Source: Minisyncoccota bacterium
GTDB taxonomy: Bacteria; Patescibacteriota; Minisyncoccia; Phycocordibacterales; CAIZLB01
DNA: 64,000 bases
Assembly: GCA_021734945.1 (NCBI GenBank)
Contig: JAIPIA010000002.1
Location: forward strand, 258,829 to 322,828
Direction: 5' to 3'
The notes under the pieces are model-generated. The model saw nothing but the letters and a program-made list of their open reading frames with translations, made no database searches and had not been told where the DNA came from. Below, piece after piece: positions 48,315 through 59,027 of the stretch. How positions within the stretch are numbered: the stretch's first letter is position 1; each line of letters starts with the position of its first letter. The position numbers and the translations under genes are program-made.

Positions 48315-48998
48315 ATGACAGTTATTAAACACAGCGAACAAAGAGTAGGGGTATTTATAGATGCCCAAAACTTATACCACAGTGCAAAAAACCTATACAA
48401 TGCACGTGTAAACTTTGGCGCGATTATGAAGGAAGCAGTTGCAAACCGCGCTCTTATTAGAGCAATTGCATATGTTATCAGCACAGAGAATGGGGAAGAA
48501 AAGAATTTTTTTGAAGCACTAGGAAAATTAGGGATTGAAGCAAAAACAAAAGACATACAGATTTTTAGTAGCGGAGCAAAAAAAGCTGACTGGGATGTAG
48601 GACTTGCAGTAGACGCAATCAAAATGGCACCTAAACTTGATACTATTATCATAGTATCGGGCGATGGAGACTTCACGCCTCTAGTCGAATATCTTCAAAC
48701 AAACGAAGGTTGTCAGGTAGAAGTTATTGCTTTTGGTAAATCTTCATCAAGCATGTTGCGAGATATTGCTGATGACTTTATTGATATGTGTCAGGAACCT
48801 AAAAAATACGTAATACAATCAAACAGTCCAATGAACTTTTCTCGACAAACAGGGCCAACAGGACCAAGAAACTCTCCAGCTAGGTCTCCTCAATCTCGAC
48901 CAAACAGAAAAAGACTCCCTCCAAACAAAAATATACAGGCACTGAATTCTGACCTCGCAGGTACTTTTGATGACGTATCCCCAGACGACTTAGAATAA
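48315..48998 (+). CDS. NYN/LabA-like domain protein with low-complexity C-terminus
   Basis: VFIDAQNLYHSAK...IIIVSGDGDF match NYN nuclease-fold motifs. Confidence 0.6.
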   Translation: MTVIKHSEQRVGVFIDAQNLYHSAKNLYNARVNFGAIMKEAVANRALIRAIAYVISTENGEEKNFFEALGKLGIEAKTKDIQIFSSGAKKADWDVGLAVDAIKMAPKLDTIIIVSGDGDFTPLVEYLQTNEGCQVEVIAFGKSSSSMLRDIADDFIDMCQEPKKYVIQSNSPMNFSRQTGPTGPRNSPARSPQSRPNRKRLPPNKNIQALNSDLAGTFDDVSPDDLE

Positions 48999-49082
48999 AA
49001 TTTATATCAGACTAGAAAGTGTAGAGAACATTTAAAAAGAAAACTCCAAATTGGAAGAATTTTACATCTTGGTGGTTTTTTT

Positions 49083-50252
49083 GTGTATAATTATAAAAAT
49101 ATGGATCCTAATGTTAAAAGAAACTTTTCATTCCCAAACTCTGACCAATATACAGACAGGAACAACACTGACCCTAATATTCTAAATGACACCAATACAG
49201 GGGGTGATGGAAATCAACTATCTGAACCTAGAAAAACCATAAATATCATGGACGCTTTGGCTGGTGCAAAAAAAGATGAAGGAGAGGCTCAAACAGTGAG
49301 AACATATCAATCTGACATCGCCAACACAATCAAGAACGATAATGTCTCCATGATTAAGGTTGCACTTTCAGAAAAAAAGAGACAAGAGAGAAGAGGGGGA
49401 CTTGATGATACTCTTGAAGAAGGCAATAAGAATCTTTATCTAGTAATTGGAGCAATAGTAGCTTTTATAGTTATAGCTGGCTTTATTGCTGGTTTTATAT
49501 TTTTACAATCTCAAAATAATACAAAAGTGGTTCAAAATGAGCAGCAAAAGGTACAGCCAATTTTATACACTGAGATGGTTTCTGTATTAAATATCGATGA
49601 AATTAATATAAATAACCTCATTAAACTTATTGAAAGCGACAGAGAGGCTCTAATGGATCTAGGTTCAATGAAAGCAATAGTACTAACCACAGGTAGCAGT
49701 ACATCTGAGAGACAAATTACTAGTATAGATTTTTTTAATGTTTTGAACTCACGCGCGCCAGATGGACTTCTTCGTTCTCTTGATCCAAACTTCTTATTGG
49801 GTGTTTATGCTTACAGCCCCCGAGAAATGTTCGCTGTTTTTCATGTAAACTCATACGACTCTGCCTTTGCAGGTATGTTGGAATGGGAGCCAAATGTTGA
49901 ATCAGATATTGGCGATATATTTATAAACAAAAAAGACCGTATCGGTCGAAATATTGGTTCTCTTGCAGGATCCAACACAACTATTAATCTTACTAGTTCA
50001 AGTACAGAGGACGGTACTACCTCAAAGTCAACAACATCTGCAACAAACGATAGTCCTTTTGGGGTTTTTAGTCAGAGAAAATTTGTAGATAAAATATTAA
50101 GCAATAAAGACGCTAGAGTACTCGTCGACTCAAACGGTAAGGAATCTATGTTATACACCTTTTTAGATAAAGAAACACTCGTTATTGCCACCTCAGAAAA
50201 ATCTCTCAAAGAGATCATTTTTAGACTTACAACTGGGCGAATAGTAAGGTAG
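49083..50252 (+). CDS. hypothetical single-pass membrane protein
   Basis: Disordered N-terminus, then a TM helix (LYLVIGAIVAFIVIAGFIAGFIFL) and a 250-aa extracytoplasmic domain with no recognised motifs. Confidence 0.4.
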   Translation: MYNYKNMDPNVKRNFSFPNSDQYTDRNNTDPNILNDTNTGGDGNQLSEPRKTINIMDALAGAKKDEGEAQTVRTYQSDIANTIKNDNVSMIKVALSEKKRQERRGGLDDTLEEGNKNLYLVIGAIVAFIVIAGFIAGFIFLQSQNNTKVVQNEQQKVQPILYTEMVSVLNIDEININNLIKLIESDREALMDLGSMKAIVLTTGSSTSERQITSIDFFNVLNSRAPDGLLRSLDPNFLLGVYAYSPREMFAVFHVNSYDSAFAGMLEWEPNVESDIGDIFINKKDRIGRNIGSLAGSNTTINLTSSSTEDGTTSKSTTSATNDSPFGVFSQRKFVDKILSNKDARVLVDSNGKESMLYTFLDKETLVIATSEKSLKEIIFRLTTGRIVR

Positions 50253-50302
50253 TTTATCTTTTTTTGATTTGTGCTTCATCGACACTTTGGTACAATGCAT
50301 AT

Positions 50303-50656
50303 ATGAACTTAGACATCCAACACTTTAAAGACCTATTAGTAAAAGAAAAAGAAATCCTCGAAAAAGACCTTAGTAGCATTGGACGAAAAATCGACCCTTC
50401 AGGTGTTGTCTGGGAAAGTGTTTCAAATCAAGAAGACAATACAGCAGATAGAGAGGAAGTAGCAAGCTCAATCGAATCATTTGAAAACAATGAGGGAGCA
50501 ATTTCTATTTTAGAAACACAACTCCATGAAGTAAATCACGCATTAGAAAAAATTGAGAAAGGAACTTATGGCATATGTGAAGTTTCTGGTGAAGAGATAG
50601 AAATTGATCGATTAGAAGCAAACCCATCAGCCAGAACATCAAAGAAGCATCTATAA
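50303..50656 (+). CDS. DksA/TraR-family-like protein (zinc finger apparently degenerate)
   Basis: C-terminal EKIEKGTYGICEVSGEEIEIDRLEANPSART resembles the DksA/TraR C4 region but retains only one Cys. Confidence 0.4.
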   Translation: MNLDIQHFKDLLVKEKEILEKDLSSIGRKIDPSGVVWESVSNQEDNTADREEVASSIESFENNEGAISILETQLHEVNHALEKIEKGTYGICEVSGEEIEIDRLEANPSARTSKKHL

Positions 50657-50734
50657 AATAGGTGAGGCCTCAGAAACACCTAGATCAACTTTTCTGTTTA
50701 CTACAAACAGGTCTTTTTCAGGGTTATCCAAACG

Positions 50735-52402
50735 ATGGAAAAAGAAAATATTATTACAACAATTGGTCATGATGGCCTTACTGGTTTTATTGTTTCCATC
50801 GAAACAATCACCCGGAGAGGTCTTTTTCAGTTTGATATTATAGGTTTAGCAAATAAAACAATCTCTGAGTCTAAACAAAGGATTCTTTCCGCAATAAGTT
50901 TAGCCTCTAAGGAAAAAAATCATTATATAAACAAGAAAATTACTACACTACTTAGCCCCGCTGACTCAAAAAAGGAAGGTTCTCATTTTGATTTACCTAT
51001 TGCGATTTCATATCTCGTTTCAGTAAAAAAACAAATTGATGATGCAAATATATTTTCAAATATAATAATTTTAGGTGAGTTAACTCTAAGTGGCTCCGTG
51101 CTTCCAGTTAAAAATATCTCTGTTCTTATTCGCACTGGGATAGAAAATAAAATACTCTATTTTATAATTCCAGAAGGTAACAATAGTGAAATAAACAAGT
51201 TTGAAGGTATTTATATATGGCCTATTAAACATATATCCGAAATAATCTACATTATAGATACTCTAAATAAAATAAATACAGACGACGATAAAAAAGGGCT
51301 CCTAGATAAAAGAAAAAAGTTTCTTTCTAAATTCAAGTTTTTATCATTCAAAAATCACTACTTAAATGAAGACAAACAAACGGAAGCAAAGCACGATACT
51401 GAAAAAGGCAGGCTTGGAAGCTATTTAATAGACTCCGTAGAGGGGAATACAACCACCAAGAGAGGTTTGGAGATTGCACTTGCAGGTAGACACCATATGC
51501 TACTAGTAGGGACACCTGGGTGTGGAAAAAGTCTACTAGCAAAAGCTTCAAAGGAACTGATTCCAAAACTAACTAATAAAGACTTCAACATATTTCAACT
51601 TCAAAAAACCGATTCTTGGGTTACTCAAAATTCAAGTCAAATAAATTTTAGAGAACCTCACCATACATCAAGTTACACAGAAATCATCGGCAATCGTTTT
51701 ATCAGTGGAGAAATAGTATTAGCACACAACGGAATCCTTTTTCTCGATGAATTACCTGAGTTTAATAGAAGAGTTCTGGAATCACTCCGCCAACCTCTAG
51801 AAAACAAATATATTCAAAAAGAGACTTCGCAAATACAAGGTGTACATTCTGACTTAGTTCCCACAGATTTTATCTTAATTGCGTGTATGAATCCTTGCGA
51901 TTGTGGTTATTTTTTATCAAATAAAAAGAAATGTATATGCACTCAAGGTCAGAAAGAGAAGTATAAAAGGAAGATGAATAGTCCTTTGTTTCAAAGATTT
52001 GATATATGTATATATATTCAAGACCACTACAATACAAAACGAGGAAACAGAACTACAGTTGAAGTACAGAAGGTTGGCAAAGATATACTAAAGAGTATAG
52101 AAGAAGTGAGAGTTATTCAAAATAAAAGAACTGCTACACTTTTAGGTCTGTCTGCAAAAAGTGACTACACCACCGTCCTAGATAAGAAAAGTCTAAGTAA
52201 TCAGATTGATATGCAGAGCTTAAATGAACTATCAGGAAGTTCTCGTCAGACATTCAATAAAATATGTGGGAAATTTAATTTTTCAAAAAGGGAAGAATTT
52301 TCTTTACTCAGAATTTCAAGAACTATTGCCGATTTGGAAAAATCAGATCAAATCAAGGAGAAACACATACTTGAGGCTCTCTCTTACAAAAATAAAAATT
52401 AA
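50735..52402 (+). CDS. comM: Mg-chelatase-like AAA+ ATPase YifB/ComM family (with insertions)
   Basis: Lon-like N-domain (GLTGFIVSIETITRRG) and Walker A HHMLLVGTPGCGKSLLAKA, with the ChlI-type core continuing beyond. Confidence 0.7.
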   Translation: MEKENIITTIGHDGLTGFIVSIETITRRGLFQFDIIGLANKTISESKQRILSAISLASKEKNHYINKKITTLLSPADSKKEGSHFDLPIAISYLVSVKKQIDDANIFSNIIILGELTLSGSVLPVKNISVLIRTGIENKILYFIIPEGNNSEINKFEGIYIWPIKHISEIIYIIDTLNKINTDDDKKGLLDKRKKFLSKFKFLSFKNHYLNEDKQTEAKHDTEKGRLGSYLIDSVEGNTTTKRGLEIALAGRHHMLLVGTPGCGKSLLAKASKELIPKLTNKDFNIFQLQKTDSWVTQNSSQINFREPHHTSSYTEIIGNRFISGEIVLAHNGILFLDELPEFNRRVLESLRQPLENKYIQKETSQIQGVHSDLVPTDFILIACMNPCDCGYFLSNKKKCICTQGQKEKYKRKMNSPLFQRFDICIYIQDHYNTKRGNRTTVEVQKVGKDILKSIEEVRVIQNKRTATLLGLSAKSDYTTVLDKKSLSNQIDMQSLNELSGSSRQTFNKICGKFNFSKREEFSLLRISRTIADLEKSDQIKEKHILEALSYKNKN

Positions 52403-52438
52403 ATAAAATCAGAACAAAAGATGACGCACTTCACAAAA

Positions 52439-53566
52439 CTAAAATGGATTTTTTCCTCCTCGGACTTCAAAATGAAGGTGCACACCTGTTGACTGTCCTG
52501 TATTACCCATCTTTCCAATTTGCTGTCCTTTTGAAACAGTCTGTCCCGCTGATACAAGAGTTTGACTCAAATGACCATACAAAGTCTGCGTGCCATTTGA
52601 ATGTTTTATAACAATATATGTACCATACCCTCCACCCCAACCTCCACTCTTACTGATGATTACCTGACCAGCAGCAGCAGCCAATATAGGAGCACCATAT
52701 GTGGAAACTAGATCAACACCATTGTGACCATGTATACCTTGTGTACGCATACCACCAACAATTGGTCTTGAAAAATATCCAGTTGTATCAACATAAGCGA
52801 TAGAAGAATTATCAGCACCCTTAGTTCCCTTGCTCGCTTTCTTTTTAGCTGCTATTTTCTTTTTGTCAGCTTCTTCAGCCTTCTTATTTTCACTTGCAAG
52901 GAGAGAGCCATCAGCATCAGGAATCATAATAGATACTCCAACAGTAAGCTTCTCATCACTACTCAAGTTATTAAATTGAGCAATTTCATCTTCATCACCA
53001 TCAAACTTATTTGCGATACTTTTTATTGTATCTCCTTTTTTAATTTCATATTTAATACTTGAAATAGGGAGAATAACGAGCACTTGATCAGGTTGAATTA
53101 AAGAACCCTTTTTGAGATCGTTTGCCCAAAGAATAGTGTTTGGTGTAACACCAAACATCTGAGCAATCTGTTCTAAAGTGTCATTTGGATGAACAGTATA
53201 TAGACTAATTCGATCTGAATTTAGAGAATCACTTGAATATCCAGTAAAAGTTCCTTCTGTAACTGAACTATTCTCATTAGTTAAAGCTTTACCCTCTACG
53301 AGAGAAGCACTAGTCTTTATTTCCTTTATAACCTCCATGGAAGAACTCCCGTCAAGTGGGTTCGCAATCGCGGTTAAAATAGGCATTGTTTGAATGTTTT
53401 TGATATGAACTTGTTCAATCTCCTGTAAACCCCCAACATTAGTATTTCTAAAAACTGAAGAAAGTATAGAAATCACATCTGCTGAAGATGCAGAAGGGGC
53501 AAAAGTGACACCAAGAGTCACCAAAACTAATAGGCTAGAAAAAGATAGAGAGAAGGGCTTATGCAC
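52439..53566 (-). CDS. secreted LysM-domain M23 metallopeptidase
   Basis: Signal peptide, two LysM-like segments (HPNDTLEQIAQMFGV; KKGDTIKSIANKF) and C-terminal HxxxD / HLHFE M23 motifs. Confidence 0.75.
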   Translation of the reverse strand: MHKPFSLSFSSLLVLVTLGVTFAPSASSADVISILSSVFRNTNVGGLQEIEQVHIKNIQTMPILTAIANPLDGSSSMEVIKEIKTSASLVEGKALTNENSSVTEGTFTGYSSDSLNSDRISLYTVHPNDTLEQIAQMFGVTPNTILWANDLKKGSLIQPDQVLVILPISSIKYEIKKGDTIKSIANKFDGDEDEIAQFNNLSSDEKLTVGVSIMIPDADGSLLASENKKAEEADKKKIAAKKKASKGTKGADNSSIAYVDTTGYFSRPIVGGMRTQGIHGHNGVDLVSTYGAPILAAAAGQVIISKSGGWGGGYGTYIVIKHSNGTQTLYGHLSQTLVSAGQTVSKGQQIGKMGNTGQSTGVHLHFEVRGGKNPF

Positions 53567-53670
53567 TCCCTAAATTGTATGAAATCGCACCTAACACGTC
53601 AATACACCTAAAACAAGACAATACTTAGAGATAAAAGTAAATTTTTTAAGACCTATGTTATATTTTTCAT

Positions 53671-55782
53671 ATGTCTGATCAAAATCTTTTTAATGAGTTG
53701 AACGAATTCAACAGTACCACTGATGAAATGAATACAAATAAGGAAAATATGGCTAATACAAAAGGTATATCTGAAACAGAATATTTAAAAGATTTAAATC
53801 CTGCTCAACTAGAGGCAGCTCTTTGTACAGAAGGGCCTTTACTTATACTTGCTGGGGCTGGGGCTGGCAAAACAAAGACAGTGACATACAGAATATTACA
53901 CCTCATAAAAACAGGTGTGTCACCAAGAGCTATCCTTGCAATCACCTTTACAAACAAAGCTGCGCGCGAGATGCGAGAAAGAGTCACTAGTTTGTTAAAT
54001 TCTGACCAAAACTTCAATTTACCTATGCACTCAATGTCTAGTCATGACTATGGGGATAGAGGTGACAGACCTTTTGTCTCAACCTTTCACTCCCTTGGAG
54101 TAAGCATCTTAAAAGAGAGTGGTCACAAACTTGGAATACCACGACACTTCGTTATCTATGACCGAGGCGATTCAAAGAGTGCTGTTAAGGATGCTCTTGT
54201 TGAACTTGGTCACGATCCAAAACAAATTGACCCTAATAAAATTCTCGGCATCATTTCTCGAGAAAAGGGAAATTTTACATCAAGAGAAGAGTTTGAAGCC
54301 AAAAGCGGAGATGATTATATGGGCAGTATTGCCGCTGAAGTCTGGAGGAAATATGACGCAAAATTGGATAAAGATAAAGCACTAGATTTTGATGACCTTT
54401 TATTTAAAACAGCACACTTACTTTCTACTCACCCTGAGATACGAGAGTATTATCAAAAAAAATGGAGATATGTACATGTAGATGAATATCAGGACACGAA
54501 CCAAGTTCAGTACAGAATAGTGCAACTACTTGTTGGTAAAAATGAAAACTTAGCAGTAGTAGGTGATGGAGATCAATCTATTTATGGATGGAGAGGTGCG
54601 GATATTAAAAATATTCTTAAATTTGAAGAAGACTATCCAACCGCAAAAATGGTTTTGCTCGAGCAAAATTACAGGTCAACTCAAACTATTCTAACTGCTG
54701 CTAATAAGGTTATTGAAAAAAATATTTACAGAAAGAAAAAAAATCTTTTTACAAAAAATGAGGCAGGAGAAAAAATAAAAATATATACAGCTTATGATGA
54801 GACTGACGAGGCAAACTTCATTGCAAACACAGTTCGTGAAATGCTTGATAAAGGAACTATCGATGCGTCTGGAAATAAAAAAATAATAAAACCAGATGAC
54901 ATCGCAGTCTTGTATCGCGCCAACTTCCAATCGAGAGCTATTGAAGATTCATTTCTCCGAAAAAATATTGCCTACACACTTTTAGGTACAAAATTCTTTG
55001 AACGAAAAGAAGTTAAGGATGTCATTTCGTACATACGATTAGCCCTGAATCCAGATTCTATGGTTGATGTTAAACGTGTAATAAATTCACCGGTGCGTGG
55101 TATTGGAAAGACAACATTACTTAAAGTTTTAGAAGGTAAAGAGGATGAACTTCCAAATGCAGCTAAAGAAAAGATACGATCATTTCGTTCACTTCTCGCA
55201 GCTATTGAACAGAAAACAAAAACTGATAAAGCATCAGAAGTCGTTAAATACGTAATAACAATGTCTGGAATGGAAAAATCTTTTAAAGATGAAGACGAAC
55301 AAGAGCGACTTGAAAACGTAAGAGAACTTGTAACTCTTGCTCTCAAATATGATTCATATGTTCAACCAGAGGGTATTGAAAAAATGTTAGAAGAGGCAGC
55401 CCTCGCAAGTGATCAAGACACGATTGACGAAGAAAAAGATAAGGATAAAAAACCTGGAGTAAAACTCATGACTGTACATGCATCAAAAGGACTTGAGTTT
55501 GAATATGTATTTGTGACAGGTCTCGAACAAGATCTCTTTCCATCCGGGAGAACGCGTGATGAAGCAATTAGTCCTGAATCGAGCGAAGAGGAACGTCGAC
55601 TATTTTATGTTGCACTGACACGAGCAAAAAAGAGACTTTTTCTTTCACATGCAAATGTCCGTACTATTTTCGGAAATAAACAAGTGACACTTCCTTCAGA
55701 ATTTTTAGCAGATATTGATGAAGATTTGATTGAAGAAGAAAAGCCAGTCACAGGAATAAAATCGATATTTATTGATTTTTAA
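53671..55782 (+). CDS. uvrD: ATP-dependent DNA helicase UvrD/PcrA family
   Basis: LNPAQLEAA...AGAGAGKTKT (motif I), DEYQDTN (motif II) and C-terminal helicase motifs. Confidence 0.85.
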   Translation: MSDQNLFNELNEFNSTTDEMNTNKENMANTKGISETEYLKDLNPAQLEAALCTEGPLLILAGAGAGKTKTVTYRILHLIKTGVSPRAILAITFTNKAAREMRERVTSLLNSDQNFNLPMHSMSSHDYGDRGDRPFVSTFHSLGVSILKESGHKLGIPRHFVIYDRGDSKSAVKDALVELGHDPKQIDPNKILGIISREKGNFTSREEFEAKSGDDYMGSIAAEVWRKYDAKLDKDKALDFDDLLFKTAHLLSTHPEIREYYQKKWRYVHVDEYQDTNQVQYRIVQLLVGKNENLAVVGDGDQSIYGWRGADIKNILKFEEDYPTAKMVLLEQNYRSTQTILTAANKVIEKNIYRKKKNLFTKNEAGEKIKIYTAYDETDEANFIANTVREMLDKGTIDASGNKKIIKPDDIAVLYRANFQSRAIEDSFLRKNIAYTLLGTKFFERKEVKDVISYIRLALNPDSMVDVKRVINSPVRGIGKTTLLKVLEGKEDELPNAAKEKIRSFRSLLAAIEQKTKTDKASEVVKYVITMSGMEKSFKDEDEQERLENVRELVTLALKYDSYVQPEGIEKMLEEAALASDQDTIDEEKDKDKKPGVKLMTVHASKGLEFEYVFVTGLEQDLFPSGRTRDEAISPESSEEERRLFYVALTRAKKRLFLSHANVRTIFGNKQVTLPSEFLADIDEDLIEEEKPVTGIKSIFIDF

Positions 55783-55821
55783 ATTATTGCTCTAAGTAGT
55801 CCACTAGTATAAGATTCGAAT

Positions 55822-56811
55822 ATGTTATCAAAGTTAGACAAAAACTCGTCAGGAGGTTTTGAAAAGGGCTTCAAAAAAATAGAACCAACAAGCAAACTCG
55901 AATCTGATTCTCATTTTGCTAAAAAATCTCTCGGACAAAACTTCTTAAAATCTGAGAGGGCTCTTTTGGATATGGTACAAGCGGGTGATATTCAAGAAGA
56001 TGAAACTATTATAGAAATTGGGCCAGGTAAGGGGGCTCTAACAATAAAACTCCTCGAGAAAATAAAAAATACCCCAGGATCACGGCTCATTTGCATCGAA
56101 AAGGATGACAGATTGGTACCTTTTTTAAAGGAAAGCTATGCAGAGGCTATACAAAAGGGTATTTTAGAAATAATTCATGGTGACATTATAGATATTTTGG
56201 AAAATAAGGATGATTTTGAGAAGTTAGTCGACAGAGGAGATAAGGGTGGAAAAAAGAAGCCGTATAAAATTATAGCCAACATACCGTATTATATAACTGG
56301 CCTTATTTTTAGGGGTATTTTTGAACTACACCATTTACCAGAAAAGATAGTACTCTTGGTTCAAAAAGAGGTGGCCAACCGCATTATAGCCTACGGAGAC
56401 AATGGAAAAATCAACGCTATCAATAAAGATTCTAATGGGGGCAATAAGGATTCAGGTAAGGAAAGCATACTTTCTATTAGTATCAAACTCTATGGGGTAC
56501 CCCGAAGAGTCTCTATCGTACCTAGAGGGGCTTTTGTTCCTGCACCAAACGTTGATTCCGCTATCATTGCTGTGGAAAACATAGAGAGAAAAATCCCTCA
56601 AAAACTCGATTCTGTGTTTTTTGAAATGATTCACTCGGCTTTTTCTCATAAAAGAAAACGCTTGGCTAAAAATCTTGAAAGTTTTTCAAATAAAAAAATG
56701 AATTCTATCCAATATGAAAAAATATTGGGAGAGTTAGATTTAGATAAAAACATAAGAGCTGAAGATATTTCTATACAAACGTATATACAACTATTTGAAC
56801 GGTTGATATAA
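55822..56811 (+). CDS. rsmA: 16S rRNA (adenine1518/1519-N6)-dimethyltransferase RsmA/KsgA (with insertion)
   Basis: KKSLGQNFL, IEIGPGKGALT (SAM-binding) and NIPY motifs. Confidence 0.8.
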   Translation: MLSKLDKNSSGGFEKGFKKIEPTSKLESDSHFAKKSLGQNFLKSERALLDMVQAGDIQEDETIIEIGPGKGALTIKLLEKIKNTPGSRLICIEKDDRLVPFLKESYAEAIQKGILEIIHGDIIDILENKDDFEKLVDRGDKGGKKKPYKIIANIPYYITGLIFRGIFELHHLPEKIVLLVQKEVANRIIAYGDNGKINAINKDSNGGNKDSGKESILSISIKLYGVPRRVSIVPRGAFVPAPNVDSAIIAVENIERKIPQKLDSVFFEMIHSAFSHKRKRLAKNLESFSNKKMNSIQYEKILGELDLDKNIRAEDISIQTYIQLFERLI

Positions 56812-56822
56812 TAGCTGAAGCT

Positions 56823-57752
56823 ATGTATCCTAATTCACAGACACCTCAAAAAAACTCCTTACTTGCACCTGAGGAATCAAAAATCAATCTTAAAAAAGAT
56901 ATCCTTCCTCATAAAAAAGTTCTAATTCTTGGTGCTGTATGTATTTCTATTATTGTAATACTCCTCACATATAAAATCTCAAATGAGAGACGACTGTTAC
57001 TTGAAAAACAGTCTGACCTTTTAGTAACAGCAGGACGTACAGAAGAAGAAATTGTAGCTGATAGAAAAATTGTGGAAGCTCTAAAAGAAGCTAAACTAAC
57101 AAGCTTAGGATCCCTAGCAAATTCAACAAACCCCTTCGACCCTTCGCCAAAAGACAATATTAGTGACCGATTTACGAAAGATGTTTTTGCAGCGTATTTG
57201 CAATACAACAAAGATGGTGTTCTTCCTGACGGTGATTCACTCATCCAAAATTTTGATTATCTTGATATAAACGATACGGACAAAAACAAATACAGTCTAT
57301 CTTTCATGAATATTTTTGTACCTACGACAAAAGATGAAATAAGAAACTACGGAAACATATTTGCAAAAACATATTTAGACACTATCGCCCCTGTAGATAG
57401 AGATGTGTTGAAATATCAAACTGATATAAACGCTATGGTTCCTATTTACAAAGCAATAGGAGAGAACCTTCTCAAAGTAAGGGTTCCAAGTGTAGTAGCA
57501 AGCTTTCAACTAGAGCTTGTAAATCAATATCTAAAACAAGCAGATGCTTTTGTTTTGGTAGGAGGACAAGTAAAAGATCCCGTAAAAGCTCTCCTTGGTT
57601 TAAAAGTTATACGTGAGGGCATTCCTGTACAAGTTGAGATGTTCACAAATATCAAAAAATATTTAAACGAAAATGGTATAGTATATACAGAAAATGAGCC
57701 TGGTAACTTCTGGAATGTTGGAACTACAACAATTTCAATTCAACAACAATAA
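56823..57752 (+). CDS. hypothetical single-pass membrane protein
   Basis: N-terminal TM anchor (VLILGAVCISIIVILL); no known motifs. Confidence 0.35.
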   Translation: MYPNSQTPQKNSLLAPEESKINLKKDILPHKKVLILGAVCISIIVILLTYKISNERRLLLEKQSDLLVTAGRTEEEIVADRKIVEALKEAKLTSLGSLANSTNPFDPSPKDNISDRFTKDVFAAYLQYNKDGVLPDGDSLIQNFDYLDINDTDKNKYSLSFMNIFVPTTKDEIRNYGNIFAKTYLDTIAPVDRDVLKYQTDINAMVPIYKAIGENLLKVRVPSVVASFQLELVNQYLKQADAFVLVGGQVKDPVKALLGLKVIREGIPVQVEMFTNIKKYLNENGIVYTENEPGNFWNVGTTTISIQQQ

Positions 57753-57755
57753 TTT

Positions 57756-58937
57756 ATGAAGAGTTATAAAAAAGTATCAATAAGTTTAAAAAAAGCAGTT
57801 GTATCTCTTACAATTGCAGGCCTCTTGGTATTACAAATACCTGGAACAGCTTTTGGACAAGAAAATAGTGACAATCAATTAAACCGAATTCAATCAAATT
57901 TATCTAGCAAGTCTGACGCCCAAGCCACCGCAGCCGATGGCGACACATCAGGTGTATCAGGGGGGAGTGGAGGTTCTGGTGCTGCGGTATCAGACGCCCT
58001 CGGATGTTCAGCAGCCTCACTACTCGGTCAAGCTGTAGCAATGGGTCTCAAATCCTTAGCTTCTAAAGCAGTAGGTAAGGTAACTTCGATGTTCACTACT
58101 GTACCTATTTCAGCCAATGCCGTTGGAGACAATATAGATAAATCAGCAAACGCAAACGAAGCTGACGCTTCAGTCAATGCAGTGCAACAGATTTTTGGTA
58201 TACCTTTTGGTGCCAGTTTTAACGGTATTGCATACTGTATTGTGAACGGACTTATTACATATATTGCAGACTCAACTATTGCTTGGGCAAATTCTGGTTT
58301 CCAGGGTAACCCGGCCTTTTTGGAAAATCCTGAGTCTTTTTTCACCACTCTAGCCGATAAACAAGTAAGTCAATTTATTTCATCTGTAGCTTATAACTCT
58401 ACAGGTGTAAACGTCTGTGAACCCTTTCGAGTAGATCTTGCTATCGCACTTTCGGAGTCATATGGAGGACAAGGAGGAACAGGTAATATAAGTTGTAGTA
58501 TGGATCAAATTGGTCAGAATTTTGCTAATTTTGCAAATGGGGGACAAGGTGGGGGCGCAAATGTTAATGGATATTGGAGCAATTGGAATCAAATGAGACA
58601 AGATCAAAATAATCCATGGGGGGCATATATAGAAGCAGGTGATTACATGCGAGGACAAGTGTCTATTAAAAACAATACGGCAAAATTCGAACTTGGTCTT
58701 AATAATGGATTCTTAAACTTTAAAAAATGTGAGGACAAAGAAGCTGCTAAAAAGGGAGATACGAGTAGTTGTAAGACTTATACACCTGGTTCACTCATTG
58801 AATCATCTCTCAATAAAACACTAAGTCTTGGAAAAGAAAGACTTGTAGCCGCAGGTAAAATTGATCAGGTCATAACAGCTGTTGCAAATGCGCTCGTGAA
58901 AAAAGCTCTAAATACAGTTTTAGAACAAGGTCAGTAA
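57756..58937 (+). CDS. hypothetical secreted Gly-rich protein
   Basis: Signal peptide plus GGSGGSG / GGQGG low-complexity segments; directly upstream of the VirB6-like gene. Confidence 0.35.
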   Translation: MKSYKKVSISLKKAVVSLTIAGLLVLQIPGTAFGQENSDNQLNRIQSNLSSKSDAQATAADGDTSGVSGGSGGSGAAVSDALGCSAASLLGQAVAMGLKSLASKAVGKVTSMFTTVPISANAVGDNIDKSANANEADASVNAVQQIFGIPFGASFNGIAYCIVNGLITYIADSTIAWANSGFQGNPAFLENPESFFTTLADKQVSQFISSVAYNSTGVNVCEPFRVDLAIALSESYGGQGGTGNISCSMDQIGQNFANFANGGQGGGANVNGYWSNWNQMRQDQNNPWGAYIEAGDYMRGQVSIKNNTAKFELGLNNGFLNFKKCEDKEAAKKGDTSSCKTYTPGSLIESSLNKTLSLGKERLVAAGKIDQVITAVANALVKKALNTVLEQGQ

Positions 58938-59027
58938 TTCAGCAATTCGAGAAAAATCTTTCATTTAGATATATAGTAAATAATGGTGGAAATTTTTTAC
59001 TATCTTTTTAAAAATGATGTATAATTC